From positions 80,996 to 144,995 of the forward strand of contig JBAYNU010000001.1 in assembly GCA_041678665.1 (NCBI GenBank): a stretch of DNA of 64,000 nucleotides, in the 5' to 3' direction. Positions 1 through 7,153 of the stretch are shown here, in pieces. This stretch comes from Candidatus Magasanikiibacteriota bacterium (GTDB taxonomy: Bacteria; Patescibacteriota; Patescibacteriia; Magasanikbacterales; GWA2-37-8). A program made the translations under genes and the position numbers. Within the stretch, counting starts at the first letter, position 1. Every line of letters starts with the position of its first letter. The notes beneath the pieces are model-generated. The model ran no database searches, had not been told where the DNA came from, and saw nothing but the letters and a program-made list of their open reading frames with translations.

Positions 1-322
1 CTAATTTGTTGCTAATATTAAAATAATTATTATCTCCCATTATCTCAATACCGCTGTAAACCGACACTACTCTTTCGGAAATTTCTCTTTGTACCTTTTC
101 TTCCAATTGACTGCCAGACCAAGCATACCTAGTTTGTTGAGCGACGATCCATGTATCGCCACCGCCATAACTGGGCCAGATCCAACCCAAAACAATACTG
201 GCGCCGGTGATACCGGCCAGCAGACCAAAACCAGTCGCCGCTAAAAATATTTTTATTCGTTGCAACTGATGGTGATGTTTAACTTCACAGGTGGGAGGTG
301 GAAGGTGAGGAGGAACTACCAT
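1..322 (-). CDS. Partial membrane-anchored protein (N-terminus; possibly trypsin-like/PDZ protease family), runs off window start
   Basis: Hand translation from ATG at 322: MVVPPHLPPPTCEVKHHHQLQRIKIFLAATGFGLLAGITGASIVLGWIWP..., open to the window edge with one TM segment. The family guess is weak. Confidence 0.6.
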   Translation of the reverse strand, partial: MVVPPHLPPPTCEVKHHHQLQRIKIFLAATGFGLLAGITGASIVLGWIWPSYGGGDTWIVAQQTRYAWSGSQLEEKVQREISERVVSVYSGIEIMGDNNYFNISNKL

Positions 323-417
323 AGACAAATAAATTTAAAATTCTAAATTACAAATAAATCTCAAAATTTTGAATTTAATATTTATAATTTGTCATTTATT
401 TAAAATTTGGAATTTCG

Positions 418-1218
418 TCACTTCCATCTCACCACCAAAAGTAAAAACAACAGAATCGCCAAAAAATTAGTCGCCAAAAACCAATACTGTTTTTTCCAAA
501 CTATTCCTTCTTTGGATAGATGAAAACGAATCAACAACCACAAAACATACCACCACCAAATAATTAATAGACCATTCACCAAATAACCCAAAGGCCAAAA
601 AGTTATCACTCCAATTAATTGGAGCATCAGCAAAAAAATTACCCCTATATAAATAAACAATCGCCGCGAAAATTCTATGCCATATTCACGCCACCACCAC
701 CAAGCCACCAAAGCGCAAATAAAAGCGCTGCTGATTGTCCATAAAAAATTATTAACCCCATAAAATAGCTGAAACGTTCTCAACGCAAAAAAACCGCTCA
801 CGATACCCATCAAACCAAAAACCGAAAGCAAAAACCGCCACCGCCGGTAAAGCTTAAACTCAAATGATAATTCTGCTTCTTTAGTGGGTAAAAACCAAAA
901 ACTTAAAGCTGAAAAAGCTACAAACGCCGCCCCTACCATGTCCCAAATTATGCTCCATTCCACAAATATCAACAGCATCAAAGAACCGGCGGAAAACAGA
1001 ACCAAAGAACAAAAATGCGACCAGCGTTTAATTTTGGAAGAAAAATAGACCAATCTAATTAATATCGCCCATATACCCACACGAAACACCGCCCACAACA
1101 ATAACATCCACCAAGCGTTCAATCGCACCACCCACCACAAAAATATTAAACCCAAAAACAAATCCAGCCCGGCCGCTAAGCGGGGGTGCAAAGAGATATT
1201 TTTTCTTAAAAAAGTCAT
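418..1218 (-). CDS. Polytopic membrane protein, hypothetical
   Basis: 266 aa with about 8 hydrophobic segments, preceded by a consensus promoter. Confidence 0.8.
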   Translation of the reverse strand: MTFLRKNISLHPRLAAGLDLFLGLIFLWWVVRLNAWWMLLLWAVFRVGIWAILIRLVYFSSKIKRWSHFCSLVLFSAGSLMLLIFVEWSIIWDMVGAAFVAFSALSFWFLPTKEAELSFEFKLYRRWRFLLSVFGLMGIVSGFFALRTFQLFYGVNNFLWTISSAFICALVAWWWWREYGIEFSRRLFIYIGVIFLLMLQLIGVITFWPLGYLVNGLLIIWWWYVLWLLIRFHLSKEGIVWKKQYWFLATNFLAILLFLLLVVRWK

Positions 1219-1224
1219 GGGGAT

Positions 1225-1253
1225 ATTATAGACAAAATTAAGTTAGAAGTCAA
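1225..1253 (-). promoter_or_regulatory. sigma70 promoter, probably giving a leaderless mRNA
   Basis: TTGACT-17nt-TATAAT; only 6 nt between the -10 box and the ATG at 1218. Confidence 0.7.
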
Positions 1254-1271
1254 ACTGAAATAAACCTTATT

Positions 1272-1366
1272 AAATTCCAAATTCAAAATAACAAATATCA
1301 AATAAATTTCAAATTATAAATATAAAATTCAAAATTTTGTAATTTGTTATTTTGGATTTGTAATTT
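1272..1366. repeat. Inverted heptamer-periodic array (AAATNNN units followed by NNNATTT units)
   Basis: aaattcc aaattca aaataac aaatatc ... tgtaattt gttatttt ggattt gtaattt; related arrays at ~330-415 and 1856-1940. Confidence 0.7.
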
Positions 1367-1375
1367 AATCAGTAG

Positions 1376-1404
1376 TTGCTTTTTAGCCAAAAACATGATA
1401 GATT
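1376..1404 (+). promoter_or_regulatory. sigma70 promoter of smpB
   Basis: TTGCTT-17nt-TAGATT with extended TG; ATG follows after 9 nt. Confidence 0.55.
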
Positions 1405-1413
1405 AACCCCATT

Positions 1414-1857
1414 ATGTCCGAACTAGCTAACAACCGCAAAGCTTTCCATGATTACGAAATTCTCGAAAAACTCGAGGCTGGTTTGGTATTGTCTGGACAA
1501 GAAGTAAAATCAATCAAAAAAGGCCACGCCAGCCTCAAGGGTTCATTCATCACCTTTCGTGGTGATACGCCAATTTTAACCAACGCCAACATCTCCAAAT
1601 ACCAACCGGCTGGCAACCTGCCCGATTACGATCCGCTTCGCCCAAGACCCCTTCTTTTGCACAAAAAACAGATCGCTTATCTTAAAAGCAAAGTCCACGA
1701 AGAGGGCTTGACAATTATACCTATTTCGATGTATACTAAGAACCATCTTGTAAAAATCGAGGTAGCGGTGGCTAAAGGCAAAAAGAAATTTGACAAGCGT
1801 GCCGCCATCAAAAAACGCGACTTGGATCGCGAAGTAAAGAGAACCTTAAAAACTTAA
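1414..1857 (+). CDS. smpB: SsrA-binding protein SmpB
   Basis: NRKAFHDY, EAGLVLSGQEVKS, RPLLLHKKQI and GKKKFDKR motifs; adjacent to tmRNA. Confidence 0.98.
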   Translation: MSELANNRKAFHDYEILEKLEAGLVLSGQEVKSIKKGHASLKGSFITFRGDTPILTNANISKYQPAGNLPDYDPLRPRPLLLHKKQIAYLKSKVHEEGLTIIPISMYTKNHLVKIEVAVAKGKKKFDKRAAIKKRDLDREVKRTLKT

Positions 1858-1940
1858 ATTCCAAATATAAAATCACAAATAACAAATATTCAAATCGTAA
1901 ATTTGGAATTTGTAATTTCGAATTTGGAATTTTATAATTT
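1856..1940. repeat. Inverted heptamer array between smpB and ssrA
   Basis: aaattcc aaatata aaatcac aaataac ... aatttgg aatttgt aatttcg aatttgg. Confidence 0.7.
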
Positions 1941-2340
1941 GGGGGTGTTCGTTTCGACAGAAACCTAGGTCATGTCCGCAAGCCGAGGAAGCCCTTTACC
2001 TCGTAAATCACATGGGCATCATAATAAGTGCTAACTTATTATCCAAAGTAAAGAACGTAATTGTCACCGCTTTTGGCGGCGGCTGTTGCAACTTTGCTCC
2101 GACTTTGGCCTAAGGGCCAATTCGGCATCGCCTTAGTAATACTCAATAACTAAATCGCGGTGTAACCCATTGAGCGTAGATTAAAATCAGCTGTCAGTCT
2201 GATATTAATCGAAATTAATACTGACCCGCTCACTGGAATTTTGTTAGTTTAATATCCTTTGAGTCAAACTTTAAACCAACTAAACTTGTAGACGGCACGG
2301 TCGAAGTTATCTGGACGCGAGTTCAACCTCGCCACCTCCA
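1941..2340 (+). ncRNA. ssrA: tmRNA (one-piece)
   Basis: 5' GGGGGTG..TTCGAC pairs with 3' CACCTCC-A (G3.U identity pair); T-arm GCGAG-TTCAAC-CTCGC; PK1 CGAGG/CCTCG with GCCC/GGGC; tag ORF 2030-2113 after ATAAGT; CCA not encoded. Confidence 0.93.
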
Positions 2341-2501
2341 CGACGAAGTTGAAAGTTATAGTAATACTGAAATGCCGTCGGGTTTTGCAAATAAAAATTC
2401 TTTTTATTTGGCTCAACCCTAGACATTATAAAGTATAAAGTTATAAAAAATGTAACAAACATAATTCACATTCCGCCAACTTTCAACTTTACAACTACAT
2501 T

Positions 2502-3047
2502 ATGCGCATATCGCACAAAAAACGTAAACCAGAACCAGCTAAGCTATATTTTTTTAACGAGGGCATTACCGCACCTCAAGTTTTGGTTTTGGATTCTGAC
2601 AATTCCAACATCGGCACTATGAAAACTGGCGATGCCATTCGACTGGCCAGAGAAAAAGAAATGGACTTGGTAGAGATTAACCCCAAAACTACTCCTCCGG
2701 TTGCCAAAATTATGGACTTTGGGCAATTCAAATACCAGCAAGAAAAAGAAATGCGCATTCGCAAAGCTCATCAACATGTGGTAGACACCAAAGGCGTGCG
2801 CTTATCACTGCGCATCGGAACCAACGACATGAATATTCGCAAAGAACAAACCTACAAATTTTTAAATGAAGGTAACAAAGTAAAAGTAGAAGTGATTCTG
2901 CGCGGACGCGAAATGCAACAAGGCCCATTAGTAATTGATTTATTAAAAAAATTCATTGGCGAAGTTTCTGCCGAAGTGCCGGTACGCTTTGAGCAAGAAG
3001 TCGAACGCCAAGGAAACAAAGTCACGGCGATCATCGCCAAAACATAA
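2502..3047 (+). CDS. infC: Translation initiation factor IF-3
   Basis: NEGITAPQV, DLVEINP, PPVAKIMDFGQFKY and KVKVEVILRGRE motifs; first gene of infC-rpmI-rplT. Confidence 0.97.
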   Translation: MRISHKKRKPEPAKLYFFNEGITAPQVLVLDSDNSNIGTMKTGDAIRLAREKEMDLVEINPKTTPPVAKIMDFGQFKYQQEKEMRIRKAHQHVVDTKGVRLSLRIGTNDMNIRKEQTYKFLNEGNKVKVEVILRGREMQQGPLVIDLLKKFIGEVSAEVPVRFEQEVERQGNKVTAIIAKT

Positions 3048-3067
3048 GCTATTTACTTTTTGACAAC

Positions 3068-3142
3068 TGTCATTCTGAGCGAAGCGAAGAATCCCTTCCA
3101 TTCACAAATCAAGAGATCCTTCGGCTATGCCTCAGGATGACA
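3068..3142. repeat. TGTCA...TGACA palindromic element (type A dimer)
   Basis: tgtcattctgagcgaagcgaagaatc...gatccttcggctatgcctcaggatgaca; 69/75 identical to the reverse complement of 12628-12702. Confidence 0.9.
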
Positions 3143-3153
3143 AAATAATATAT

Positions 3154-3351
3154 ATGTCCAAACTAAAAACCCACAAAGCAATCGCCAAGCGATTCAAAAT
3201 AACCAAGAATGGCAAAATCATCAAACGCACCAATGGTCAAGGGCATTATAATTCTCGGGAAACCGGGAATACCCGCCGCAACAAACGTTCTGATGTGACT
3301 TTTGACAAGAGCATGGGCAAGCACGTTACTCGTCGCCTCCCCAACGCTTAA
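3154..3351 (+). CDS. rpmI: 50S ribosomal protein L35
   Basis: MSKLKTHKAIAKRFKITKNGK; start reassigned to ATG 3154 because the upstream extension derives from the repeat. Confidence 0.95.
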   Translation: MSKLKTHKAIAKRFKITKNGKIIKRTNGQGHYNSRETGNTRRNKRSDVTFDKSMGKHVTRRLPNA

Positions 3352-3401
3352 TTTATTTACAATCCTGATACCTAAAACCTATCAGCTATAAGCTAATTTA
3401 T

Positions 3402-3746
3402 ATGACTCGTATCAAAGGTGGTTTACTGCACGCCAAACGCCGCCGCGGCATTCTCAAACATACCAAGGGTTACCGCTGGGGCCGCAAGAGCAAAATTAAA
3501 GTGGCCAAAGTGGCTAAAATGAAAGCCGGCCAACACGCTTTCCGCGATCGCCGCAACAAAAAACGCACCATGCGCGGACTTTGGAATATCCGCATCAATG
3601 CCGGCGCGCGCAAACTAGGTTTATCTTACAGCCAACTGATGAACAAATTAAAGAAAGCCAATATTGCTATTGATCGCAAAGTGCTCGCAGTTCTCGCCGC
3701 CGAACATCCGACTGTATTTGCCAAAGTAATAGAAATGGCTAAGTAA
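3402..3746 (+). CDS. rplT: 50S ribosomal protein L20
   Basis: MTRIKGG, AFRDRRNKKRTMRGLWNIRINA and IDRKVLA motifs. Confidence 0.98.
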   Translation: MTRIKGGLLHAKRRRGILKHTKGYRWGRKSKIKVAKVAKMKAGQHAFRDRRNKKRTMRGLWNIRINAGARKLGLSYSQLMNKLKKANIAIDRKVLAVLAAEHPTVFAKVIEMAK

Positions 3747-3760
3747 TTTTAGGCCCCACC

Positions 3761-3838
3761 TGTCATTCCGACCGAGCGCAGCGAGCGGAGGAATCCCTTA
3801 GCGCATTGCCTGTCATCCTGAGCGAAGCGAAGGATCCC
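3761..3838 (+). repeat. Two tandem TGTCA half-elements (3761-3797 and 3811-3838)
   Basis: tgtcattccgaccgagcgcagcgagcggaggaatccc and tgtcatcctgagcgaagcgaaggatccc. Confidence 0.85.
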
Positions 3839-3844
3839 TTCCAC

Positions 3845-3853
3845 TGTGGATAA
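3845..3853 (-). promoter_or_regulatory. DnaA box (perfect match)
   Basis: TGTGGATAA = reverse complement of TTATCCACA, 16 nt upstream of a -35 box. Confidence 0.45.
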
Positions 3854-3869
3854 ACCCACGCCCCCACAA

Positions 3870-3898
3870 TTGACAATCTGAACCTTTCTTGCTAAAAT
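3870..3898 (+). promoter_or_regulatory. Strong sigma70 promoter with no downstream CDS
   Basis: TTGACA-17nt-TAAAAT with extended TG. Confidence 0.75.
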
Positions 3899-3913
3899 AT
3901 CCGTATACAAATT

Positions 3914-3995
3914 AAAGACCCTGAGTGTGTTTGGCAATGGCAATAGCGTCCCCTCCTTCGCTTTTGTCCATCTGCCGGACACACCCAGGGTCTTT
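3914..3995 (+). ncRNA. Putative small hairpin RNA with C-rich anti-SD loop
   Basis: Long imperfect stem AAAGACCCTG/CAGGGTCTTT, GTGTGT/ACACAC, TTGGCA/TGCCGG, ATGG/CCAT, CAA/TTG, AGCG/CGCT; loop TCCCCTCCTT; lies just after a consensus promoter. Confidence 0.6.
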
Positions 3996-4018
3996 GTGTT
4001 AACGACACGATTGCCGCC

Positions 4019-4046
4019 TGTCATTCTGAGCGGAGCGAAGAATCCC
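4019..4046 (+). repeat. TGTCA half-element (type A)
   Basis: tgtcattctgagcggagcgaagaatccc. Confidence 0.85.
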
Positions 4047-4077
4047 TTTCGTTCACAATATTATTAATTTAAAAAAA

Positions 4078-4106
4078 TACCCAGCGTCCTCCGTACGCTG
4101 GGTTTT
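4078..4106. terminator. Bidirectional intrinsic terminator
   Basis: ACCCAGCGT-7nt-ACGCTGGGT flanked by an A run and a T run. Confidence 0.7.
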
Positions 4107-4131
4107 GTTATGATTTTAATTTTTTCGTTGT

Positions 4132-4263
4132 CTACCAACCAAAGAAGGGCGATGGCGGCATTCCCAAGCCGATCTTGCCACCGGCGCGACGTTTGTCGCG
4201 CGCTTTTTTCTTGCGCTGACGCTTGCGCGCCCATGCAGTAGGAGTTCGAGATCCTCTGGCCAC
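4132..4263 (-). CDS. Small Arg/Lys-rich protein (43 aa), not in ORF track
   Basis: GTG start preceded by GAGAAGG, 12 nt after the aminopeptidase stop; MARGSRTPTAWARKRQRKKKARDKRRAGGKIGLGMPPSPFFGW; ends just before a terminator. Confidence 0.5.
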   Translation of the reverse strand: MARGSRTPTAWARKRQRKKKARDKRRAGGKIGLGMPPSPFFGW

Positions 4264-4275
4264 GATACCTTCTCG

Positions 4276-5409
4276 CTAGATATTGACACCGAAGGCGGCG
4301 GGGTTAAGACCTTCGAGCTCCGGCAGAATGAAAATGCCATCCTTGCGGATGAGCACGTCGTCAAACCAGATCTCACCTCCGCCATCCTTTTTGAACTGGC
4401 GAGTAACGAGATCCCAGTGCACTTCCGACTTATTGCCGTTCGGGGCTTCGTCGTACGAGTTGCCCGGAGTAAAGTGGAACGACCCGGCGATCTTCTCGTC
4501 GAAGAGGATGTCCAGCATCTCGCGGTTGATTTCGGGATTGACGCCCAGGGCGAATTCACCCACAAAGCGCGAACCCTCATCGCGGTCAAATATGCCTTTG
4601 AGCTTGACGGCATCACCAGTTTCGCAGCTTTCCTCAACGATCTTGCCGTTTTCGAAAACCAGTCTCACGCCGCTGAAGTAGTTGCCTTCGTAAAGCGTGG
4701 GCGTGTTGGTCTGGAGCACGCCATTAACCGAGTCTTTCACCGGCGCGGTGAAGACCTCGCCGTCGGGGATGTTCAGTTTGCCGTCGCACTTAATGGCCGG
4801 GATGCCTTTGATGGAAAAGCGCAGGTCCGTACCCGGTCCCTTGATATGCACACAATTGGTGTGTTGCATCAGTTCGACCAGCGGATCCATGGCTATGGAA
4901 AGCTGGCGATAGTTGAGCAAGCAGCAATTGAAATAAAAATCTTCAAACTGCTGTGTGGACATCTTGGCAGCCTGCGCGAACGACGAATTGGGGAAGCGCA
5001 ACACGACCCAGCGGGTCTTCGGAAGTCGCACCTCCATGTGCACCTTCTTCATGATGGTCGACGAAAAAATTTTCATCCGGTCGGCCGACACATCCGAAAG
5101 GTTGAGCGCATTCATGGATCCACGGATACCGATGAATACATCCATATTCTCCATACGCGCCCGCTGGAACGACGCCTCCAGATCGTACTGCTCGGCGAGA
5201 GCGCCCATGTGCAAGGCGTGATCAACCTCGTCGGCGTGCAGGTGCGTGAACGGGAACCCACCTACCGCGTAGACCTGGCGCACCAGTTCTGCCACCATAG
5301 GATAGGTGATCGGATCGGTTGCTTCAATAAGCACCTTATCGTTAGGCTTCACGCCTGTGGCATAGTCGACTATATTTTTGGCCAAATAGCCAACTTTTGG
5401 ATCCAACAT
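4276..5409 (-). CDS. M29 family aminopeptidase (AmpS/AmpT-like)
   Basis: NIPDGEVFTAP, VGEFALGVN, LFDEKIAGSFHFTPG and NKSEVHWDL motifs; GGAGG SD; GC-rich relative to its surroundings. Confidence 0.93.
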   Translation of the reverse strand: MLDPKVGYLAKNIVDYATGVKPNDKVLIEATDPITYPMVAELVRQVYAVGGFPFTHLHADEVDHALHMGALAEQYDLEASFQRARMENMDVFIGIRGSMNALNLSDVSADRMKIFSSTIMKKVHMEVRLPKTRWVVLRFPNSSFAQAAKMSTQQFEDFYFNCCLLNYRQLSIAMDPLVELMQHTNCVHIKGPGTDLRFSIKGIPAIKCDGKLNIPDGEVFTAPVKDSVNGVLQTNTPTLYEGNYFSGVRLVFENGKIVEESCETGDAVKLKGIFDRDEGSRFVGEFALGVNPEINREMLDILFDEKIAGSFHFTPGNSYDEAPNGNKSEVHWDLVTRQFKKDGGGEIWFDDVLIRKDGIFILPELEGLNPAAFGVNI

Positions 5410-5563
5410 CTCAATTCCTCCCGCCCCATTTAAGGGGCTGCTAAGTTTAACTGCCTAACTCACACAATCTTGCGAACCGAAATTTACTTTCACCTCCCTT
5501 CTCGGTTCTAAACTGTTATATTGTTAAATAAAAAGAACTTCTTTAACTTCAATTTATGAATCC

Positions 5564-5592
5564 ACCCTACCAAAAAAAGAGTGGCGTGTCAA
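5564..5592 (-). promoter_or_regulatory. Possible promoter of the aminopeptidase
   Basis: TTGACA-17nt-TAGGGT with extended TG; the -10 box is weak. Confidence 0.4.
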
Positions 5593-5638
5593 TACGAAAC
5601 TTAAGACAAAAAACCACCTCTTAAGGTGATTTTTCTAG

Positions 5639-5712
5639 CGGGTCGGACGGGACTCGAACCCGCAACTTCCGCCGTGACAGGGCGGTGCTCTAACCAGTTG
5701 AACTACCGACCC
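5639..5712 (-). tRNA. tRNA-Asp(GTC)
   Basis: GGGTCGGTAGTTCAACTGGTTAGAGCACCGCCCT-GTC-ACGGCGGAAGTTGCGGGTTCGAGTCCCGTCCGACCCG; cloverleaf; CCA not encoded. Confidence 0.97.
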
Positions 5713-5727
5713 ACGGTAGCTGCAAAG

Positions 5728-5756
5728 ATTATACAATATTTTTATTCAATCGTCAA
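5728..5756 (-). promoter_or_regulatory. sigma70 promoter of tRNA-Asp
   Basis: TTGACG-17nt-TATAAT. Confidence 0.75.
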
Positions 5757-5832
5757 TAGGAATACATGCTCTGTACGGTTCCCCTTCCACTATCCCCAAA
5801 TTCATGCTAAAATATCCCAATAAACTTACCTT

Positions 5833-6600
5833 ATGCTTAGAACAATTATCATCTTTCTAATAGCTGGGGCGATTGTGGGGCTAATGGTGTACAGTTGGAA
5901 TTTCAACAAATCATCCCCTTCTCCTCAAAATAAATCCGCAGCTGATTGGGAGCAAATACAATCTCAACAACTAGAAAAATACAGCCAAAGCCTAACCGGC
6001 GCCTCTATTGACTCTTCCACCCTCAAAATTAATATCCCTAATTCACCAACCGTATCTACTCATTCTATGACTATTCAAGAAAAATTATCCACTCCGGCGC
6101 CGACTCAAGCGGTAATTGATATTAATAAAATTTATGGCGCAATTTTACACACCTCAATGGGCGACATCCAAATTGCGCTTAATGCCCAAAATACTCCCAA
6201 CACTGTAAATAATTTTGTTTACCTAAGCAAGTTAGGATTTTATAACGACACCATTTTTCATCGTGTCATCAAAGGATTTATGATCCAAGGCGGCGACCCC
6301 AAAGGCGATGGCACCGGCGGGCCTAATTATCGCTTTGCCGATGAAAAATTCACCGGCGAATATGATGCCGGCACTGTGGCGATGGCCAACGCCGGCCCCA
6401 ACACAAACGGCAGTCAATTTTTTATCATGCATCAAAAATATAACCTTCCCAAAAATTATACCATCTTTGGTAAAGTGGTGCGGGGCATGGAAGTGGTAGA
6501 TAAAATTGCCACCGCCGAAGTGGAAATGAGCGCGAGTGGCGAAGATTCTCAACCGGTGAATCCGGTGGAAATAAAATCGGTGGATATTGTGGAACAATAA
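5833..6600 (+). CDS. Cyclophilin-type peptidyl-prolyl isomerase with N-terminal membrane anchor
   Basis: FHRVIKGFMIQGGDP, AMANAGPNTNGSQFFI and YTIFGKV motifs. Confidence 0.95.
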   Translation: MLRTIIIFLIAGAIVGLMVYSWNFNKSSPSPQNKSAADWEQIQSQQLEKYSQSLTGASIDSSTLKINIPNSPTVSTHSMTIQEKLSTPAPTQAVIDINKIYGAILHTSMGDIQIALNAQNTPNTVNNFVYLSKLGFYNDTIFHRVIKGFMIQGGDPKGDGTGGPNYRFADEKFTGEYDAGTVAMANAGPNTNGSQFFIMHQKYNLPKNYTIFGKVVRGMEVVDKIATAEVEMSASGEDSQPVNPVEIKSVDIVEQ

Positions 6601-6654
6601 AAAAGAGCAGGGTGTTATCCTGCTCGAGTATTGTGGGCGACTCTAATTACCACC

Positions 6655-6948
6655 CTAGAACAGCGGCCCTTCCGTGAGAAAAATCTCGCCGAGATGGGAA
6701 CGTAGTTTCCGGAGCCCCCAGACCTTGCGCAGATCGCAGTAGTGTTCCTCTTTCCAGCCGGGGCAAAAAGCGTCGGCGAGGCCAATCTGAAGCTGCATAA
6801 GCTCAGCGAACTTGTTCATCCCTGCGATCGGGTCAAGATCGGGCTTAAACAACTCGGCAAGCCCCGCGTTAAAGGCCTCAATGGCCTTGCGCTGGACTTC
6901 CTTCCGCGTTGCCTGAGCCGCTTTCCTCTTTTTCCACCATTCAAACAT
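6655..6948 (-). CDS. Hypothetical protein (97 aa)
   Basis: ATG at 6948 preceded by AAGGAGGAG; own promoter at 7021-7049; GC-richer than neighbours; converges on a hairpin at ~6605-6625. Confidence 0.6.
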   Translation of the reverse strand: MFEWWKKRKAAQATRKEVQRKAIEAFNAGLAELFKPDLDPIAGMNKFAELMQLQIGLADAFCPGWKEEHYCDLRKVWGLRKLRSHLGEIFLTEGPLF

Positions 6949-7020
6949 GAGCTCCTCCTTTGGAATGAGTTGATGATAGGGCAACTTGCACACTTCCTCT
7001 TACATAAAGGGCAATATATA

Positions 7021-7049
7021 AATCTAACAGAAAAACCTGTAAATGTCAA
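7021..7049 (-). promoter_or_regulatory. sigma70 promoter
   Basis: TTGACA-17nt-TAGATT with extended TG. Confidence 0.6.
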
Positions 7050-7055
7050 GTATTC

Positions 7056-7083
7056 AAAACCCGAGCCATTGGCTCGGGTTTTT
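7056..7083 (-). terminator. Intrinsic terminator downstream of ppsA
   Basis: AAAACCCGAGCCA-T-TGGCTCGGGTTTT inverted repeat. Confidence 0.7.
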
Positions 7084-7152
7084 AGATTCTTCGACTTCAT
7101 TCGCCTACGGCTCATTTCGCCTGCCTGCCGGTAGGCATGGCTCAGAATGACA
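7084..7152 (-). repeat. TGTCA half-element carrying a nested 21-nt palindrome (7121-7141)
   Basis: Matches 39581-39628 apart from a few substitutions and the inserted ctgcctgccggtaggcatggc. Confidence 0.8.
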
Positions 7153-7153
7153 G

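Noticed and set aside
3127-3153. N-terminal extension of L35 (MPQDDK...)
   Set aside because: It derives from the palindromic repeat; the L35 motif begins at ATG 3154.
3749-4024. 91-aa minus-strand ORF
   Set aside because: It is composed of repeat arms (GILRFAQDD), promoter and hairpin sequence, and looks like a shadow ORF.
3761-4046. CRISPR array from three similar direct repeats
   Set aside because: Spacing is irregular, the units vary, they belong to a dispersed palindrome family, and no cas genes are present.
4283-5433. Long + strand ORFs (338 aa and others)
   Set aside because: They are antisense shadows of the GC-rich aminopeptidase and show no motifs.
1941-5712. Integrative element at ssrA or tRNA-Asp
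   Set aside because: No duplicated 3' end (att), integrase or phage genes were seen.
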